In this document: in pieces, positions 37,459-47,435 of the stretch | Position numbering within the stretch: position 1 is the stretch's first letter | Layout of the letters: every line of letters begins with the position of its first letter | Assembly (NCBI GenBank): GCA_016718825.1 | Contig: JADKCL010000006.1 | Location: 57,568 to 121,567, forward strand | Source: Bacteroidota bacterium | GTDB taxonomy: Bacteria > Bacteroidota > Bacteroidia > J057 > JADKCL01 | Reading direction: 5' to 3' | Length of the DNA: 64,000 nt | Translations under genes and position numbers: made by a program | The notes under the pieces: model-generated | Seen by the model: only the letters and a program-made list of their open reading frames with translations | Databases searched by the model: none | Told to the model about the DNA's origin: nothing

Positions 37459-39039
37459 TCACTCCCCATTCACCGCAATCCCCATATTCGGTTTTGGCGC
37501 ACCTGCGCCCGAGGGATTCATGAACCAACAAAGGGCAGGCACGTTGGGTGCAACCTCAAACTGAAATCCCGGTATCTGTAATGGCGTCAGCGAATAGTTT
37601 TGGGCGATTGTGTGAACCATCGGATAGTTGCATTCCAGGAAAAGGCTCATGAATGCGGACTTGATTTCGCTTGGACCCTGCGGCTCCCTTCCTAGAAAAT
37701 CGATCACATAACCGGCGTCCGCACTGATGAGAATGCCGCTTCCCTTCGAATAGAAAATTGCAATGGATTCATTGACGGGGTAGTCCGTGAGCTTGGGTAG
37801 ATTGACTTCCTCGGGCTCCCGACCCTTTTTGCGCGCCAAAACGGCTTCGAGCTCCGAATAAAATTCCTGCAAGGCATCTTCCGCTTCGGACCTGGAGGCG
37901 CAGAATTTCAAAGGCCCTCCGAACTTAGAAATGAAGCATTGGTACTCAACCTCCAGCATTTCCAGTATCTCAGCGACTTCTTCGTCGGTCCCCAAAGTGA
38001 GCGGCAGCGAGGCCTCTGGTTTGGATTTCGGTGCGATTCCAAAATCTTGTGTAGAAACCCCTCCGATCCAAAAATCGCCGCGCCATTTGATCAAGCTCGT
38101 TTGCACGATACGGCCATTTTCCGCCTTCAAATTTGCAGATTCGCGAACCACCCTGAATGTGCGACCCGATTCCTTCTCCTTTAGATAATGACATTCTGCA
38201 TCACTTCCTTCCAGCCAAAACGTGCCGAGTACCTTTTCTGAACACGCCGCGACGCTTGCCAACACCTCAGGCTCGCCGCGAAGAATGCGTGATGCCATGA
38301 CGGGGAGCCTTTCGCCACCAAACTGGGTCACAAAATTAAACAGCACCTCGAGCTTGATGTCATAGCCAACATTTTTGAGGTACGGTTCGCTTTGGCCAAC
38401 GGCTTCCTTTCTGAGCTTTTGTTGGATCTCGGCGTCTCTGCCAACGAAATCAAGTTGGCCATACAAATACGACTTCAACCCGATCCACATCAACTTGCCA
38501 CGCATTTCCTTGAAGCCATCCGTTGGTTTCAATTGAAGGAAATCGTCCCAGTCCGTGGAAGCGGGCGCTATGTCGATCGTCGACTCCAGCATAGCAGTCA
38601 ACACAGTTGCTTGCAACCTAATTGCCGCCGACATCGGATCAGAAAATTTCTTCGACTTCACTTTACGCTCCCAAGTCCACAGCAACATCGCCATGTCCTG
38701 CCAATTCAAGTATTCAGCGTCATAATCATCGAGGTCCCAAAAAGGCAAAGCCCTTCCACTCACTGCTTGATGCCGATCTGTGAATGCCTTCCAGAGTCCG
38801 GCTTCGTTGATGAAGTCCTCATACCAAGCCGCAATCCATACAGAAAAGTCCGCAAGGTCGTGCTCGGAAGCCTCGGGAACGATCAGCGGCATCAGCGTCG
38901 AGGTACTCAGCGTACTGAAAATGCCTTTGGCCAAATCAATGTAAAACAGGTCATATTCACCGATACGCTCATAAAACCGTGTCGCCTTCCATTTGTCAAG
39001 GACATGAGAATGAAGCCAAGAAGGAAATTTTGATGCCAT
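37459..39039 (-). CDS. Hypothetical cytoplasmic protein (526 aa)
   Basis: This is a long ORF of normal composition with no signal peptide. I recognise no family. Confidence 0.7.
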   Translation of the reverse strand: MASKFPSWLHSHVLDKWKATRFYERIGEYDLFYIDLAKGIFSTLSTSTLMPLIVPEASEHDLADFSVWIAAWYEDFINEAGLWKAFTDRHQAVSGRALPFWDLDDYDAEYLNWQDMAMLLWTWERKVKSKKFSDPMSAAIRLQATVLTAMLESTIDIAPASTDWDDFLQLKPTDGFKEMRGKLMWIGLKSYLYGQLDFVGRDAEIQQKLRKEAVGQSEPYLKNVGYDIKLEVLFNFVTQFGGERLPVMASRILRGEPEVLASVAACSEKVLGTFWLEGSDAECHYLKEKESGRTFRVVRESANLKAENGRIVQTSLIKWRGDFWIGGVSTQDFGIAPKSKPEASLPLTLGTDEEVAEILEMLEVEYQCFISKFGGPLKFCASRSEAEDALQEFYSELEAVLARKKGREPEEVNLPKLTDYPVNESIAIFYSKGSGILISADAGYVIDFLGREPQGPSEIKSAFMSLFLECNYPMVHTIAQNYSLTPLQIPGFQFEVAPNVPALCWFMNPSGAGAPKPNMGIAVNGE

Positions 39040-39326
39040 ACCGCAAATTTGGGTCGATGGGCCGTATCAAACAAATGGGAGAGGGCGCACGGGGCCAGAT
39101 TCACCAAGGGAATTGGAAACAGGCTGACATTTATGGCTTGGTGATGCCAATGGCTTTGCCTCATCGTAAAATGACCAAGCGTGGGGTGATGAACTTCCCA
39201 ACCCCTCCAACGCGTTTCCCATACCGAAACTGTCGTATTGACACCACTTTCTTTGAATTTTCCTTGCTTTTCAACGCAGAATTGCCCATCTTTACAGCCT
39301 GAATGAAGAATTCCGTCTTAAACGGC

Positions 39327-39677
39327 ATGAAAAAGTTTCTCGTTTTCCTTTCTTTGGCACTTTTGCTTTCGCTTCCCAGCCTCGTCGTAGGGCAAAATTT
39401 GGGAAGTAAGGCCGCCATTTTGGGACTGCCAGGACAAACCTCCGTTGGAATTCCAAATGAGGTAATCAATGAAATTCTGACTTTGGCTGCGCCACAGTTC
39501 GGGTTTCCGGCAGCAGAATTCATGCTCATGTATGATACCTGCGGCTGCATTACCATTACCGAGATAGGCCCGGGAACCTATTTGGTTGTGTACGGCGGAA
39601 TCGGCATCCAAATCGTCATCGACGGTTGCCGCATTAACACGCCGTTGACTACGAATAGTTTCGGCGCCCGAAAATAA
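39327..39677 (+). CDS. Small secreted hypothetical protein
   Basis: The signal peptide is MKKFLVFLSLALLLSLPSLVVGQ. The ORF track start at 39303 is also possible. A hairpin terminator follows. Confidence 0.6.
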   Translation: MKKFLVFLSLALLLSLPSLVVGQNLGSKAAILGLPGQTSVGIPNEVINEILTLAAPQFGFPAAEFMLMYDTCGCITITEIGPGTYLVVYGGIGIQIVIDGCRINTPLTTNSFGARK

Positions 39678-39703
39678 AAGTGATACTCAAAAATTCAAAT
39701 CTG

Positions 39704-39736
39704 AGAGCCATCCGCAAGGTGGCTCTTACGTTTTTA
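39704..39736 (+). terminator. Intrinsic terminator after the 39327-39677 gene
   Basis: AGAGCCATC and GGTGGCTCT form the stem (one G-U pair) around loop CGCAA. It is followed by TACGTTTTT. End coordinates are approximate. Confidence 0.55.
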
Positions 39737-39851
39737 TGGGCCCGGCCGGTCTAGGGAATGCTGATTGCCATTCCCATTGCAAATGGGGGAATACCGATCA
39801 TGATTGACGTGCCCCTCCAGTGATTGAATTGGAAGGAATTCAGCGAATTCG

Positions 39852-39903
39852 CCCTCCTTTGCGGGGGTTCAAAATTTTGAGCAACAACGAAGGGGAAGGA
39901 GGG
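39852..39903. repeat. Degenerate copy of the CTCAAAATTTTGAG palindromic element seen at 9968-10017
   Basis: The sequence is CCCTCCTTTGCGGGGGTTCAAAATTTTGAGCAACAACGAAGGGGAAGGAGGG. It shares the core TCAAAATTTTGAGC and the CAACAACG(A/G)A arm with the 9968-10017 copy. Confidence 0.6.
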
Positions 39904-39972
39904 ACTCAAAACCACAAATTATGTGGACAGCCAGAAATTACAGATCGAATGCAAGCACTGAAGCAACCGAAA

Positions 39973-41439
39973 CTACTTGCTCACGCTGTCGATCCATTTC
40001 AGGATATCAAAGTAGGCAAGAATGTTGGCTTCGAGCGGATCTTGGAAAATGACCTCCAATTCGGCACGCAGCCCACGAAGTGAATCACGTAGTTGCGCAT
40101 CTTTGAAGGAAAACGAATGTTTCTCCAAAAACCGGAGGATGCAGCGTTCGAATTGGTAAAGGGCATCGCGGCGTTGCAGGAACTTGCGCGTAGCCTTGGT
40201 TTGAGATTCGGTAAGGTCGGCTTCGCCGGTTTCGAAGTAAATGAAAATCAGCATGATCCGCGCCAGCGAATGGATGTCCTCACGCTGTCCGCGATGTGGA
40301 TGGTCCAAGATTTCGTTGAGCCAAGCTTTCGCTTCCTTGAATTGACGCTGCTCAAAATGCAGACGCGCCAACCAAAGCAACAGCATCGCTTGCGAAGTCC
40401 ATGGAATGGAAGCACGATGAATTTCCAAACCCGCCTTGATCGAAGGCAGTTCAGCATTTACCAACGCATAGTTTTGCGTTTGCAGGGCATATCCCAACAA
40501 CAATCTTTGGTACTTTTCAAAAATATCGGAGGCATGAATGCCCTTCAATTCGCTGAAGTCCTTGATTTCCTTGAGTAAATTTTCCACGGCAGCAAAATCT
40601 CCGAAATGGAGCTTCATGCCGCCAAGGCGCCACAAGTCGTTAAGATAGCCTTCGGGATAATCATCGCGCAAAAAGGCCACCGACCGATAGAGGTCCACCA
40701 AGGCTTGCAAATCGTCCTGCGCCTGCGCGTAGGAACCCGAAAAGGCGTGGATCATCGACTTGCAGAGCAAATACATTCTTTGAAGCCTTGCCGAACCAAG
40801 GGTCTCCTGCCCCTGCAAAAGTGGATGCGCACTGAATGCCTGAATCGATGCCAAATCCCATTCGTTGCGGGCACTTTGTTTGTGCTTGACGATCGGGCGA
40901 TAGCTATAATACAGGTCTTCGAATTCGCCGAGTTTGTTGAGTGCTGCCCGGGCAGTGCTGCGTTCGGCATTCAAGGCATTGATCTGATCCAAGGTTTCCG
41001 CCATGTCCGTGCCATTGCGGAGCAACAGGCTCATCTGCAAGCCTGATAGCTGGAGAAACTCATGGAAACGTTCTTCTCCGAGGGTCTTGGCTCTTGCCTT
41101 CTCGACCATCTTTTCGGCAAGATCAAATACGCGGCGGCGCATCAGGATGTCGATCTCATGCACAAGCTGATTGCCGACATTGGGCCCTGTCACCTCATTT
41201 TCTCGGATGACGCGGAGGATCTGTTTGGTCAAATAATGCTTGGCGTAGGCGAAGTTGATGTCAAACCCAAGTGAGATCAGCTTCTTTTTTGCCTTGCGTT
41301 CGTCGAAGTCTTTTTGTCGGCTAAGGATGTCAAACAGTGCGAGGTAGCCCGCTGATCCCTTTTCTGCTGAGCGCAAAAGCGCCTTCTCCCCGTTGTCCAG
41401 GGATTTGATCAGCAAAAAAAGTGCTTCTGGCTGGGCCAT
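39973..41439 (-). CDS. Hypothetical all-helical (TPR-like) protein, 488 aa
   Basis: This is a long ORF with helical-repeat-like composition. I recognise no family. Confidence 0.7.
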   Translation of the reverse strand: MAQPEALFLLIKSLDNGEKALLRSAEKGSAGYLALFDILSRQKDFDERKAKKKLISLGFDINFAYAKHYLTKQILRVIRENEVTGPNVGNQLVHEIDILMRRRVFDLAEKMVEKARAKTLGEERFHEFLQLSGLQMSLLLRNGTDMAETLDQINALNAERSTARAALNKLGEFEDLYYSYRPIVKHKQSARNEWDLASIQAFSAHPLLQGQETLGSARLQRMYLLCKSMIHAFSGSYAQAQDDLQALVDLYRSVAFLRDDYPEGYLNDLWRLGGMKLHFGDFAAVENLLKEIKDFSELKGIHASDIFEKYQRLLLGYALQTQNYALVNAELPSIKAGLEIHRASIPWTSQAMLLLWLARLHFEQRQFKEAKAWLNEILDHPHRGQREDIHSLARIMLIFIYFETGEADLTESQTKATRKFLQRRDALYQFERCILRFLEKHSFSFKDAQLRDSLRGLRAELEVIFQDPLEANILAYFDILKWIDSVSK

Positions 41440-41946
41440 TCTTTTGTGACGAACCTTTTATTATTACAAGCTGAAAGCCAATTGATTAAGTCAAAATTTT
41501 ACAAAACTGCACCCAAAAACGTCAAGAATTTGGGGTGGACGGAGCCCAAAAAAACATATCATCTTTAAACCATGCAAGCGCAGCAATGCATTTGCAGCCT
41601 GAATGAACGTTGAAATACGGCCCCGGCCGAAACGCTTTGAAAGCCCGCTTCCGAGAATGGTCTAACAAAGGCAATCGCCAAGTTAAGCAATTCGAAGATG
41701 GAAAACAAAGCTTCGTACTTTGATAATGAAGACGCGTCTCTGAGGAAATCAGCATTGCCTCAAAGCCGTCAAACGATATAGCCGGATCAGCAATTGACTT
41801 TGGTATTTGACACACCCGCACCAGGTGTCTATGTTCAGTTTGCGATCCGATTACCTACACCAAAATTGATCTTGATAAAACCAGGGTCAAGTTGATGGTC
41901 CGGCTACGATTTCTAGTTCCAATCCTATATCTGCTGATTGATTCTG

Positions 41947-41979
41947 CGCCCACCCGGTCTTAAGGTGGGCGTTTTTTTT
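41947..41979 (+). terminator. Strong orphan Rho-independent terminator on the plus strand
   Basis: The stem is CGCCCACC (41947-41954) / GGTGGGCG (41964-41971) with a 9-nt loop, followed by T8 (41972-41979). No plus-strand ORF of 60 aa or more lies in the preceding ~540 nt. Confidence 0.75.
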
Positions 41980-42133
41980 GTTCATAGAATCAGGAGTTAG
42001 GAGGGATACATAAATTGTAGAATTCTTGCCTGCCTTACAAACACTTTCGCCCTCCAACTCGCTCAATTCTGCATTCAATTTCGGTATGTTGGGGTTTTTG
42101 CCGCAGCGGGGCCAACGTCTCGGTAGCGCATCC

Positions 42134-42304
42134 ATGCGAAACGTTTTTTGTTCCGTTGTCTGTTTTCGGCAAAGCCGAAAACGGACAAACACGCGGTATT
42201 TGCCTCGGGCTACCAAGACGGCGCCTCTCCGAGGCAAAACGCAACGGTTAACTTTAGCGGCCGTGGTTTCACCATTCTCCATCGCTTGCGCGAACGTTTC
42301 GCAT
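42134..42304. repeat. 171-bp palindromic nested-hairpin element (MITE/REP-like) upstream of pheT
   Basis: A perfect 12-bp terminal inverted repeat, ATGCGAAACGTT (42134-42145) / AACGTTTCGCAT (42293-42304), brackets it. Internal hairpins are at 42158-42186 (GTCTGTTTTCGGC/GCCGAAAACGGAC) and 42199-42238 (TTTGCCTCGG/CCGAGGCAAA). Confidence 0.7.
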
Positions 42305-42307
42305 TTT

Positions 42308-42335
42308 CCATTCTCCATTCTCCATTTTCCATTCT
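42308..42335. repeat. Four tandem 7-bp units, CCATT(C/T)T
   Basis: The sequence CCATTCT CCATTCT CCATTTT CCATTCT lies directly upstream of the putative pheT -7 box. Confidence 0.8.
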
Positions 42336-42343
42336 CAATTGCG

Positions 42344-42351
42344 TAGTTTTG
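42344..42351 (+). promoter_or_regulatory. Candidate Bacteroidota -7 promoter box for pheT
   Basis: TAGTTTTG fits TAnnTTTG and lies 16 nt before the pheT ATG. No good -33 TTG was found. Confidence 0.3.
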
Positions 42352-42367
42352 CGCCAAATTTGATTCA

Positions 42368-44776
42368 ATGAAAATCTCTTACAACTGGCTTCGGCAGTAT
42401 ATCGACTTCGAATGGACCCCCGAAGAATTGGGCAACAAGCTCACCATGGCCGGACTCGAAGTGGAGGGCATTGAGCGCTATGACCTCCATCCCGGCGGAT
42501 TGGAAGGTGTTGTGACGGGCGAAGTTGTCACCTGTATCAAACATCCGGGTGCCGACAAGTTGCACATAACAACCGTGGATGTCGGTGGTGCTGAGCTTCT
42601 ACCCATCGTTTGCGGGGCCCCCAACGTCGCTGCTGGACAAAAGGTGGTCGTCGCTTTGGTCGGTGCTAAATTGTACCCCGTGGAAGGCGAACCCTTCGAA
42701 ATCAAAAAGGCAAAGATTCGCAGCGCCGACAGCATGGGCATGATCTGCGCGGAAGATGAAATCGGCCTAGGACATAGCCATGCCGGCATTATTCTTCTGC
42801 CCGATGCAACGCCCGTCGGACTTCCCGCCGCAAGCGTCTTCAAATTGGAAAGCGACCATACCCTTGAAATTGGGCTTACACCCAACCGCGTGGATGCCGC
42901 TTCGCATTATGGCGTGGCCCGAGACGTTGCCGCGCTGCTCGGGAAAAAAGCCCGCATGCCCCAAATTTCGCCGCTTCCCAGCGAATTGATCAGCAATCCC
43001 ATCAGCGTTTCCTTGCCCGAACAGGACCGTTGTCCGCGGTATGTCGGCATCTACATTGAAGGCGTGACCATCGGCGAAAGTCCGGAATGGCTCCAACATC
43101 GCCTCAAGGCCGTTGGCTTGCGTCCTATCAACAACGTCGTGGACGTCACCAACTACGTCCTCCACGAACTTTGTCAACCCTTGCATGCCTTTGACGCTGA
43201 CAAAATTGCGGGAAAGGCTATCACAGTGCGCACCTTGGCCGAGGACAGCACTTTCAAAACCCTTGACGGTCAGGAACGCAAGATTTTGGCCGGACAGGAC
43301 TTGATGATCTGCGACGGCAGCGGCCCGGTGGCCATTGCCGGCATCATGGGTGGAGAAAACTCCGAAGTCAGCGCCACGACCACCAATATTTTCCTCGAAT
43401 CGGCTTATTTCGAGCCCTCCGGCATCCGTCGCACGGGTGCGCGCTTGGGCATGAAGACGGATGCAAGCTTCCGTTTCGAGCGGGGCATCGACCCGAATAT
43501 CACCGAATTGGCAGCTTTGCGGGCAGCTTACCTGATTCAGGACGTGGCTGGCGGCAAACTTTCGCGTTTGAAGGACGAAGGCACGCAAGAATTTCAGCCG
43601 CGGGAAATTACATTCGACCTTGCCCGTGCCAACCGTTTGATGGGAACAACGTTTTCTGTCGACGAAGTGATTCAAATCCTGAGCTTGCTCGACATTTTGG
43701 TCGCCAAATCGGGTGGGAGCGAGGTGCTGCAATTGGCCGTGCCGCTCTACCGTGTCGATGTCACACGTCCGCAGGACGTCATGGAGGAGATTTTGCGCAT
43801 TTACGGCTACAACAACGTGCCGTTCCCCGCGCAAAACCGCATGGCGCTCAACCTGAAAATGGAAATTGATCCCGTTGCCTTGCGGCAGCGTTACTTCGAC
43901 GGCCTCGCAGCTTCCGGATGGAATGAATTGGTGACCAATCCATTGGTTTCCAATCGCTACCGCCTGGAGACGACGGCCAATTTGATCAACAACCTGAGCG
44001 AGGACCTTGCCTTGCTGCGCGACAGCATGGTCTATACCGGCTTGGATGTGATTGAATACAACCACAACCGCAAAAATACCGACCTGCGCTTGTTCGAATT
44101 TGGCAAAACCTACGGTTATCAGGGTGCCGATGGTGGCGGCAAATACCATGAGAAAGAATGGATCGCCTATTTCCTGACGGGAAATGCAACGCCCACGCAT
44201 TGGTCGGGCAAGCAACCGCGGGCAGGATTTTTCACGATCACCCGTGAAATGGAGCGTTTGGCATCGGCATTCGGCTTTGCAGCTGACCTCCGCGAATTGG
44301 AAGGCCATCCAACCTTTGACTACGGACTCGAAATGGTCAAAGGGGAGAAGGTCATCGCCCGTTTTGGTGCGCTCCATGGCAACTTGCTCAAAGGACGCGA
44401 CATCAAGGGCGACGTATTCTATGCCGAAGTCGATTGGGATCAGCTGTTGCGCCAATACAAAAAGGCAAAAGTCGCCTATCAACCGCTGTCCAAGTTTCCG
44501 TCGGTGAGCCGCGACATCAGCGCGATTGTTCCTGAAAATGTGCGGTTTGCGACCATCGCAGCTGCCATTCGCAGTACCAATCCCAAGCTGATCAAAACGG
44601 TGGGAATCAGTGATGTGTACAAAGGCGACAGCATCGGGCAAGGCAAAAAGAGCTATTTGCTCAACCTTACCATTCTCGACGACACCAAAACCCTCGAAGA
44701 CGCGCAGGTCGACAAGATCATGGCCAAGGTTTTTGAGAAGCTGGAAAAGGATTTCGCATTGGAAATCAGGAAGTAA
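42368..44776 (+). CDS. pheT: Phenylalanine--tRNA ligase beta subunit
   Basis: The 802-aa ORF begins MKISYNWLRQYI, the canonical PheT N-terminus. It continues through tRNA-binding, B3/4, B5 and FDX-ACB regions, with the FPSVSRDIS motif near the C-terminus. Confidence 0.97.
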   Translation: MKISYNWLRQYIDFEWTPEELGNKLTMAGLEVEGIERYDLHPGGLEGVVTGEVVTCIKHPGADKLHITTVDVGGAELLPIVCGAPNVAAGQKVVVALVGAKLYPVEGEPFEIKKAKIRSADSMGMICAEDEIGLGHSHAGIILLPDATPVGLPAASVFKLESDHTLEIGLTPNRVDAASHYGVARDVAALLGKKARMPQISPLPSELISNPISVSLPEQDRCPRYVGIYIEGVTIGESPEWLQHRLKAVGLRPINNVVDVTNYVLHELCQPLHAFDADKIAGKAITVRTLAEDSTFKTLDGQERKILAGQDLMICDGSGPVAIAGIMGGENSEVSATTTNIFLESAYFEPSGIRRTGARLGMKTDASFRFERGIDPNITELAALRAAYLIQDVAGGKLSRLKDEGTQEFQPREITFDLARANRLMGTTFSVDEVIQILSLLDILVAKSGGSEVLQLAVPLYRVDVTRPQDVMEEILRIYGYNNVPFPAQNRMALNLKMEIDPVALRQRYFDGLAASGWNELVTNPLVSNRYRLETTANLINNLSEDLALLRDSMVYTGLDVIEYNHNRKNTDLRLFEFGKTYGYQGADGGGKYHEKEWIAYFLTGNATPTHWSGKQPRAGFFTITREMERLASAFGFAADLRELEGHPTFDYGLEMVKGEKVIARFGALHGNLLKGRDIKGDVFYAEVDWDQLLRQYKKAKVAYQPLSKFPSVSRDISAIVPENVRFATIAAAIRSTNPKLIKTVGISDVYKGDSIGQGKKSYLLNLTILDDTKTLEDAQVDKIMAKVFEKLEKDFALEIRK

Positions 44777-44791
44777 GTCTGGATGTGGCCC

Positions 44792-44833
44792 GTTTGTCAG
44801 CCCTCGGTGAAGTTTTCCGCTGGGCTGACAAAA
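44792..44833 (+). terminator. Hairpin after pheT; member of the GTTTGTCAGCCC/GGGCTGACAAAC family
   Basis: The arms are GTTTGTCAGCCC (44792-44803) and GGGCTGACAAAA (44822-44833), pairing at 11 of 12 positions. It is followed by GGCATTTTTGGG. Confidence 0.6.
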
Positions 44834-44919
44834 GGCATTTTTGGGTACGTGTTGGGTCCATCCTTCTACACCGGAAATGAGTGCCCATACCCAAACTTTT
44901 CCGCCCCGTTCAAACTCTT

Positions 44920-44948
44920 TTGCGGTCTTGGATAATTTCGTAGCTTTG
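44920..44948 (+). promoter_or_regulatory. Candidate Bacteroidota promoter (-33 TTG, -7 TAGCTTTG) for the coiled-coil/zapA/rny genes
   Basis: TTG is at 44920-44922 and TAGCTTTG at 44941-44948, an 18-nt spacing. The motif lies 26 nt upstream of the GTG start at 44975. Confidence 0.45.
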
Positions 44949-44974
44949 TCTCTTTAGTAAAAAACGCGGTTTTT

Positions 44975-45268
44975 GTGGAGAATTTGCTCACAAGGCTTGC
45001 CGAGATCGGCGAAAAGGCGGACTACCTCAATCAGAAGTCTCAGGCTCTGGTGGAGGAAAATCGAGCCCTTCGCATTCGTATCCAGCATCTGGAAGGCAGG
45101 ATCACACAACAGCAGAATGAGCTGAAAGACATGGCAGAGCAGCAGGAATTGGTGCGATTGGCCCGGTCTGTGGAGCATAGAGACGATGCCGCGACGGAAG
45201 AACTTAAGAAAAAGATTAATGAGTATATTCGAGAGATAGATCAATGCCTCAAACTGATTGGCGATTGA
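44975..45268 (+). CDS. Coiled-coil protein upstream of zapA (ZapB-like position), hypothetical
   Basis: The 97-aa ORF has a GTG start and heptad-rich sequence (LVEENRALRIRIQHLEGRITQQQNELKDM). Confidence 0.6.
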   Translation: MENLLTRLAEIGEKADYLNQKSQALVEENRALRIRIQHLEGRITQQQNELKDMAEQQELVRLARSVEHRDDAATEELKKKINEYIREIDQCLKLIGD

Positions 45269-45300
45269 TGAGCCGGATAGGAGAGAAAAGAACCTGAGCT

Positions 45301-45624
45301 TTGGAAAAGTATTCAATCAAAGTCAATATAATGAATCGTCCCTACCCGCTGCTGGTAAAAGCAGACGAGGAAGAGGCGGTTCGGAACGCTGCCAAGTTGA
45401 TCAATGACCGGATCAAAGCATATAAAGATCGTTTTTCCGTACAGGACGATCTGGATTTGGTCATCATGTGCTGTCTTGAACTCGCTACCGACAACCTCAA
45501 CCAAGGTTTGAGGCTACGCGGCAGCCTGCGCAGTGCCAACGAAGGCATCGACTTGATCGATGAAGCCCTCAATGGCGCGATATTGAATTTGGAGGAAGTC
45601 AGCACCACGGTGCAGCCCTCCTGA
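45301..45624 (+). CDS. zapA: Cell division protein ZapA
   Basis: The start is TTG. IKVNIMNRPYPLLVKADEEEAVRNAAKLINDRIKAYKDRF fits the ZapA family pattern. It sits in the conserved position before rny. Confidence 0.85.
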   Translation: MEKYSIKVNIMNRPYPLLVKADEEEAVRNAAKLINDRIKAYKDRFSVQDDLDLVIMCCLELATDNLNQGLRLRGSLRSANEGIDLIDEALNGAILNLEEVSTTVQPS

Positions 45625-45709
45625 TACCAGGTTTTTTCGACCCGTCAGTTTGCATTTTGTCTGTCTCTTCCTTTCTATAAAGCGTTAACACATAAAGGAA
45701 GATGAACAC

Positions 45710-47308
45710 ATGGTTAGTACAATAGTTGCAGTGATCATAGGGGTAATTGCGCTTGCAGCCGGCTTTGGAGTCGGCTACATGATCAAAAGCGCAAATACCG
45801 CCAAAGAGATCGAGTCTGCCAATGTCAAGGCAGAATCCACGATCAACCAAGCCAAACTTCGTGCCGAAGGCATCTTGAAGGAGGCCGAACTCAAAGCCGA
45901 CAATCTCAGCAAGGACCGCATGATGCAGGCCCGCGAGAAGGTCAATCAAATGACCAATGCTGCCGAAATCGAGCAAAAGAAAAAGTCCGAGCGATTGGAT
46001 CAAGGTGAGCAGAGAGTCAAGCAAAAAGAGGCGCAGCTCAACCAGAAAACCGAGCAGATCAAAAAGGATCAGCAGCGTGTCGACAGCCTTTCTACCGAAC
46101 TCACCCGCCAACGCGAGGTGCTCAACGGCCGTCAGGAAGAACTCGAGCGTTTGATCCATTCCCAAGTGATCGAATTGGAAAAAGTTGCCAACCTGAGCGC
46201 CGAAGACGCCCGCAACAAGCTCATGGAAGCTGTGCGCGACGAAGCACGCACCATGGCAAGCGCACAGATGAAGGAAATCATCGAGGAAGCCAAGCTCAGC
46301 GCCAACAAGGAAGCCAAGAAGATCATCATCCAGACGATCCAACGCACCGCTTCCGAGCACGCCATCGAAAACACGGTTTCCGTGTTCCAACTTGAAAACG
46401 ACGACATCAAAGGCCGCATCATCGGTCGCGAAGGCCGTAACATCCGTGCACTCGAAGCTGCAACCGGCATCGAAGTCATCGTGGACGATACCCCTGAGGC
46501 CATCATCCTCTCCGGATTTGACCCCGTGCGCCGCGAAATCGCACGCCTTTCCTTGCACAAACTCGTGCAGGACGGACGTATCCACCCGGCCCGTATCGAG
46601 GAAGTCGTGAAGAAAGTCACCAAGCAGATCAACGAAGAAATCGTCGAAACCGGCGAACGCACCGTGATCGACTTGGGCATCCACGGTCTGCACCCCGAAC
46701 TCGTGCGCATGATCGGCCGCATGAAATACCGTTCCAGCTACGGTCAGAACTTGTTGCAGCACAGCCGCGAGGTCGCCAACCTCTGCGCGACCATGGCTTC
46801 GGAGCTTGGCCTGAATGCCAAAGCCGCCAAGCGCGCTGGACTTTTGCATGACATTGGCAAGGTGCCGGAAGATGCCCCAGAACTGCCACACGCAATCTTG
46901 GGCATGGAAATCGCCAAGAAATACGGCGAAAAAGACGATATCCTCAACGCCATCGGCGCCCACCACGACGAAATCGAGATGACCTGCAACATTGCGCCGA
47001 TCATCCAGGCTTGTGACGCCATCAGCGGTTCACGTCCCGGCGCTCGCCGCGAGATCGTCGAGGGCTACATTCAGCGTCTCAAAGACCTCGAAAACCTTGC
47101 CTTGGCTTATCCCGGCGTCTCCAAAAGCTACGCCATCCAGGCCGGCCGCGAGCTGCGCGTGATCGTCGAAAGCGAGCAGGTGACCGACGAGCAAGCAGAT
47201 TTGCTTGCCTTCGACATCAGCGAGAAGATCATGAAGGAAATGCAATACCCCGGCCAAATCAAAGTGGCTGTGATTCGCGAAAAGCGCGCCATCGCCTACG
47301 CGAAGTAA
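45710..47308 (+). CDS. rny: Ribonuclease Y
   Basis: An N-terminal TM helix and long coiled coil are followed by a KH domain ([16 protein letters not shown]) and an HD domain (LLHDIGK...GAHH). The length is 532 aa. Confidence 0.97.
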   Translation: MVSTIVAVIIGVIALAAGFGVGYMIKSANTAKEIESANVKAESTINQAKLRAEGILKEAELKADNLSKDRMMQAREKVNQMTNAAEIEQKKKSERLDQGEQRVKQKEAQLNQKTEQIKKDQQRVDSLSTELTRQREVLNGRQEELERLIHSQVIELEKVANLSAEDARNKLMEAVRDEARTMASAQMKEIIEEAKLSANKEAKKIIIQTIQRTASEHAIENTVSVFQLENDDIKGRIIGREGRNIRALEAATGIEVIVDDTPEAIILSGFDPVRREIARLSLHKLVQDGRIHPARIEEVVKKVTKQINEEIVETGERTVIDLGIHGLHPELVRMIGRMKYRSSYGQNLLQHSREVANLCATMASELGLNAKAAKRAGLLHDIGKVPEDAPELPHAILGMEIAKKYGEKDDILNAIGAHHDEIEMTCNIAPIIQACDAISGSRPGARREIVEGYIQRLKDLENLALAYPGVSKSYAIQAGRELRVIVESEQVTDEQADLLAFDISEKIMKEMQYPGQIKVAVIREKRAIAYAK

Positions 47309-47321
47309 GTGAACAGTGAGA

Positions 47322-47375
47322 AGTGAACAGTGAAAAGTGTCCAACCGGGCGCCATTCACTGTTCATTTTCGTTTT
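47322..47375 (+). terminator. Hairpin terminator after rny, built from GTGAACAGTGAAAAGTG word repeats
   Basis: The stem is GAACAGTGAA (47325-47334) / TTCACTGTTC (47355-47364), followed by ATTTTCGTTTTT. Confidence 0.6.
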
Positions 47376-47435
47376 TGCAAACAACAACTTTTAACTTTTA
47401 GTTTTTCACTTTTCACTTTTCGCTAACTTGGTCCA

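Noticed and set aside
37434-37461. I considered stop-codon read-through or selenocysteine at the TGA (37456-37458) that separates the 526-aa ORF from an in-frame 96-codon ORF.
   Set aside because: In-frame continuity has a 1-in-3 chance. I recognised no SECIS-like hairpin immediately downstream. The downstream piece looks like the tail of an unrelated protein. It is treated as a probable gene remnant.
41440-41979. I considered tmRNA, RNase P RNA, SRP RNA or 6S RNA in the ORF-free stretch before the orphan terminator. GGGGTGGACGG near 41532 and a GTTCCAATCC T-loop-like string near 41917 raised the idea.
   Set aside because: There is no tmRNA-type acceptor/TTCGAC 5' end and no matching ...CCACCA 3' end or Ala-Ala tag reading frame. 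There is no GGAAAGTCCGG (RNase P) and no GGAAGGAAGCAGC (SRP) motif. The region is kept only as an unclassified sRNA or micro-ORF candidate.
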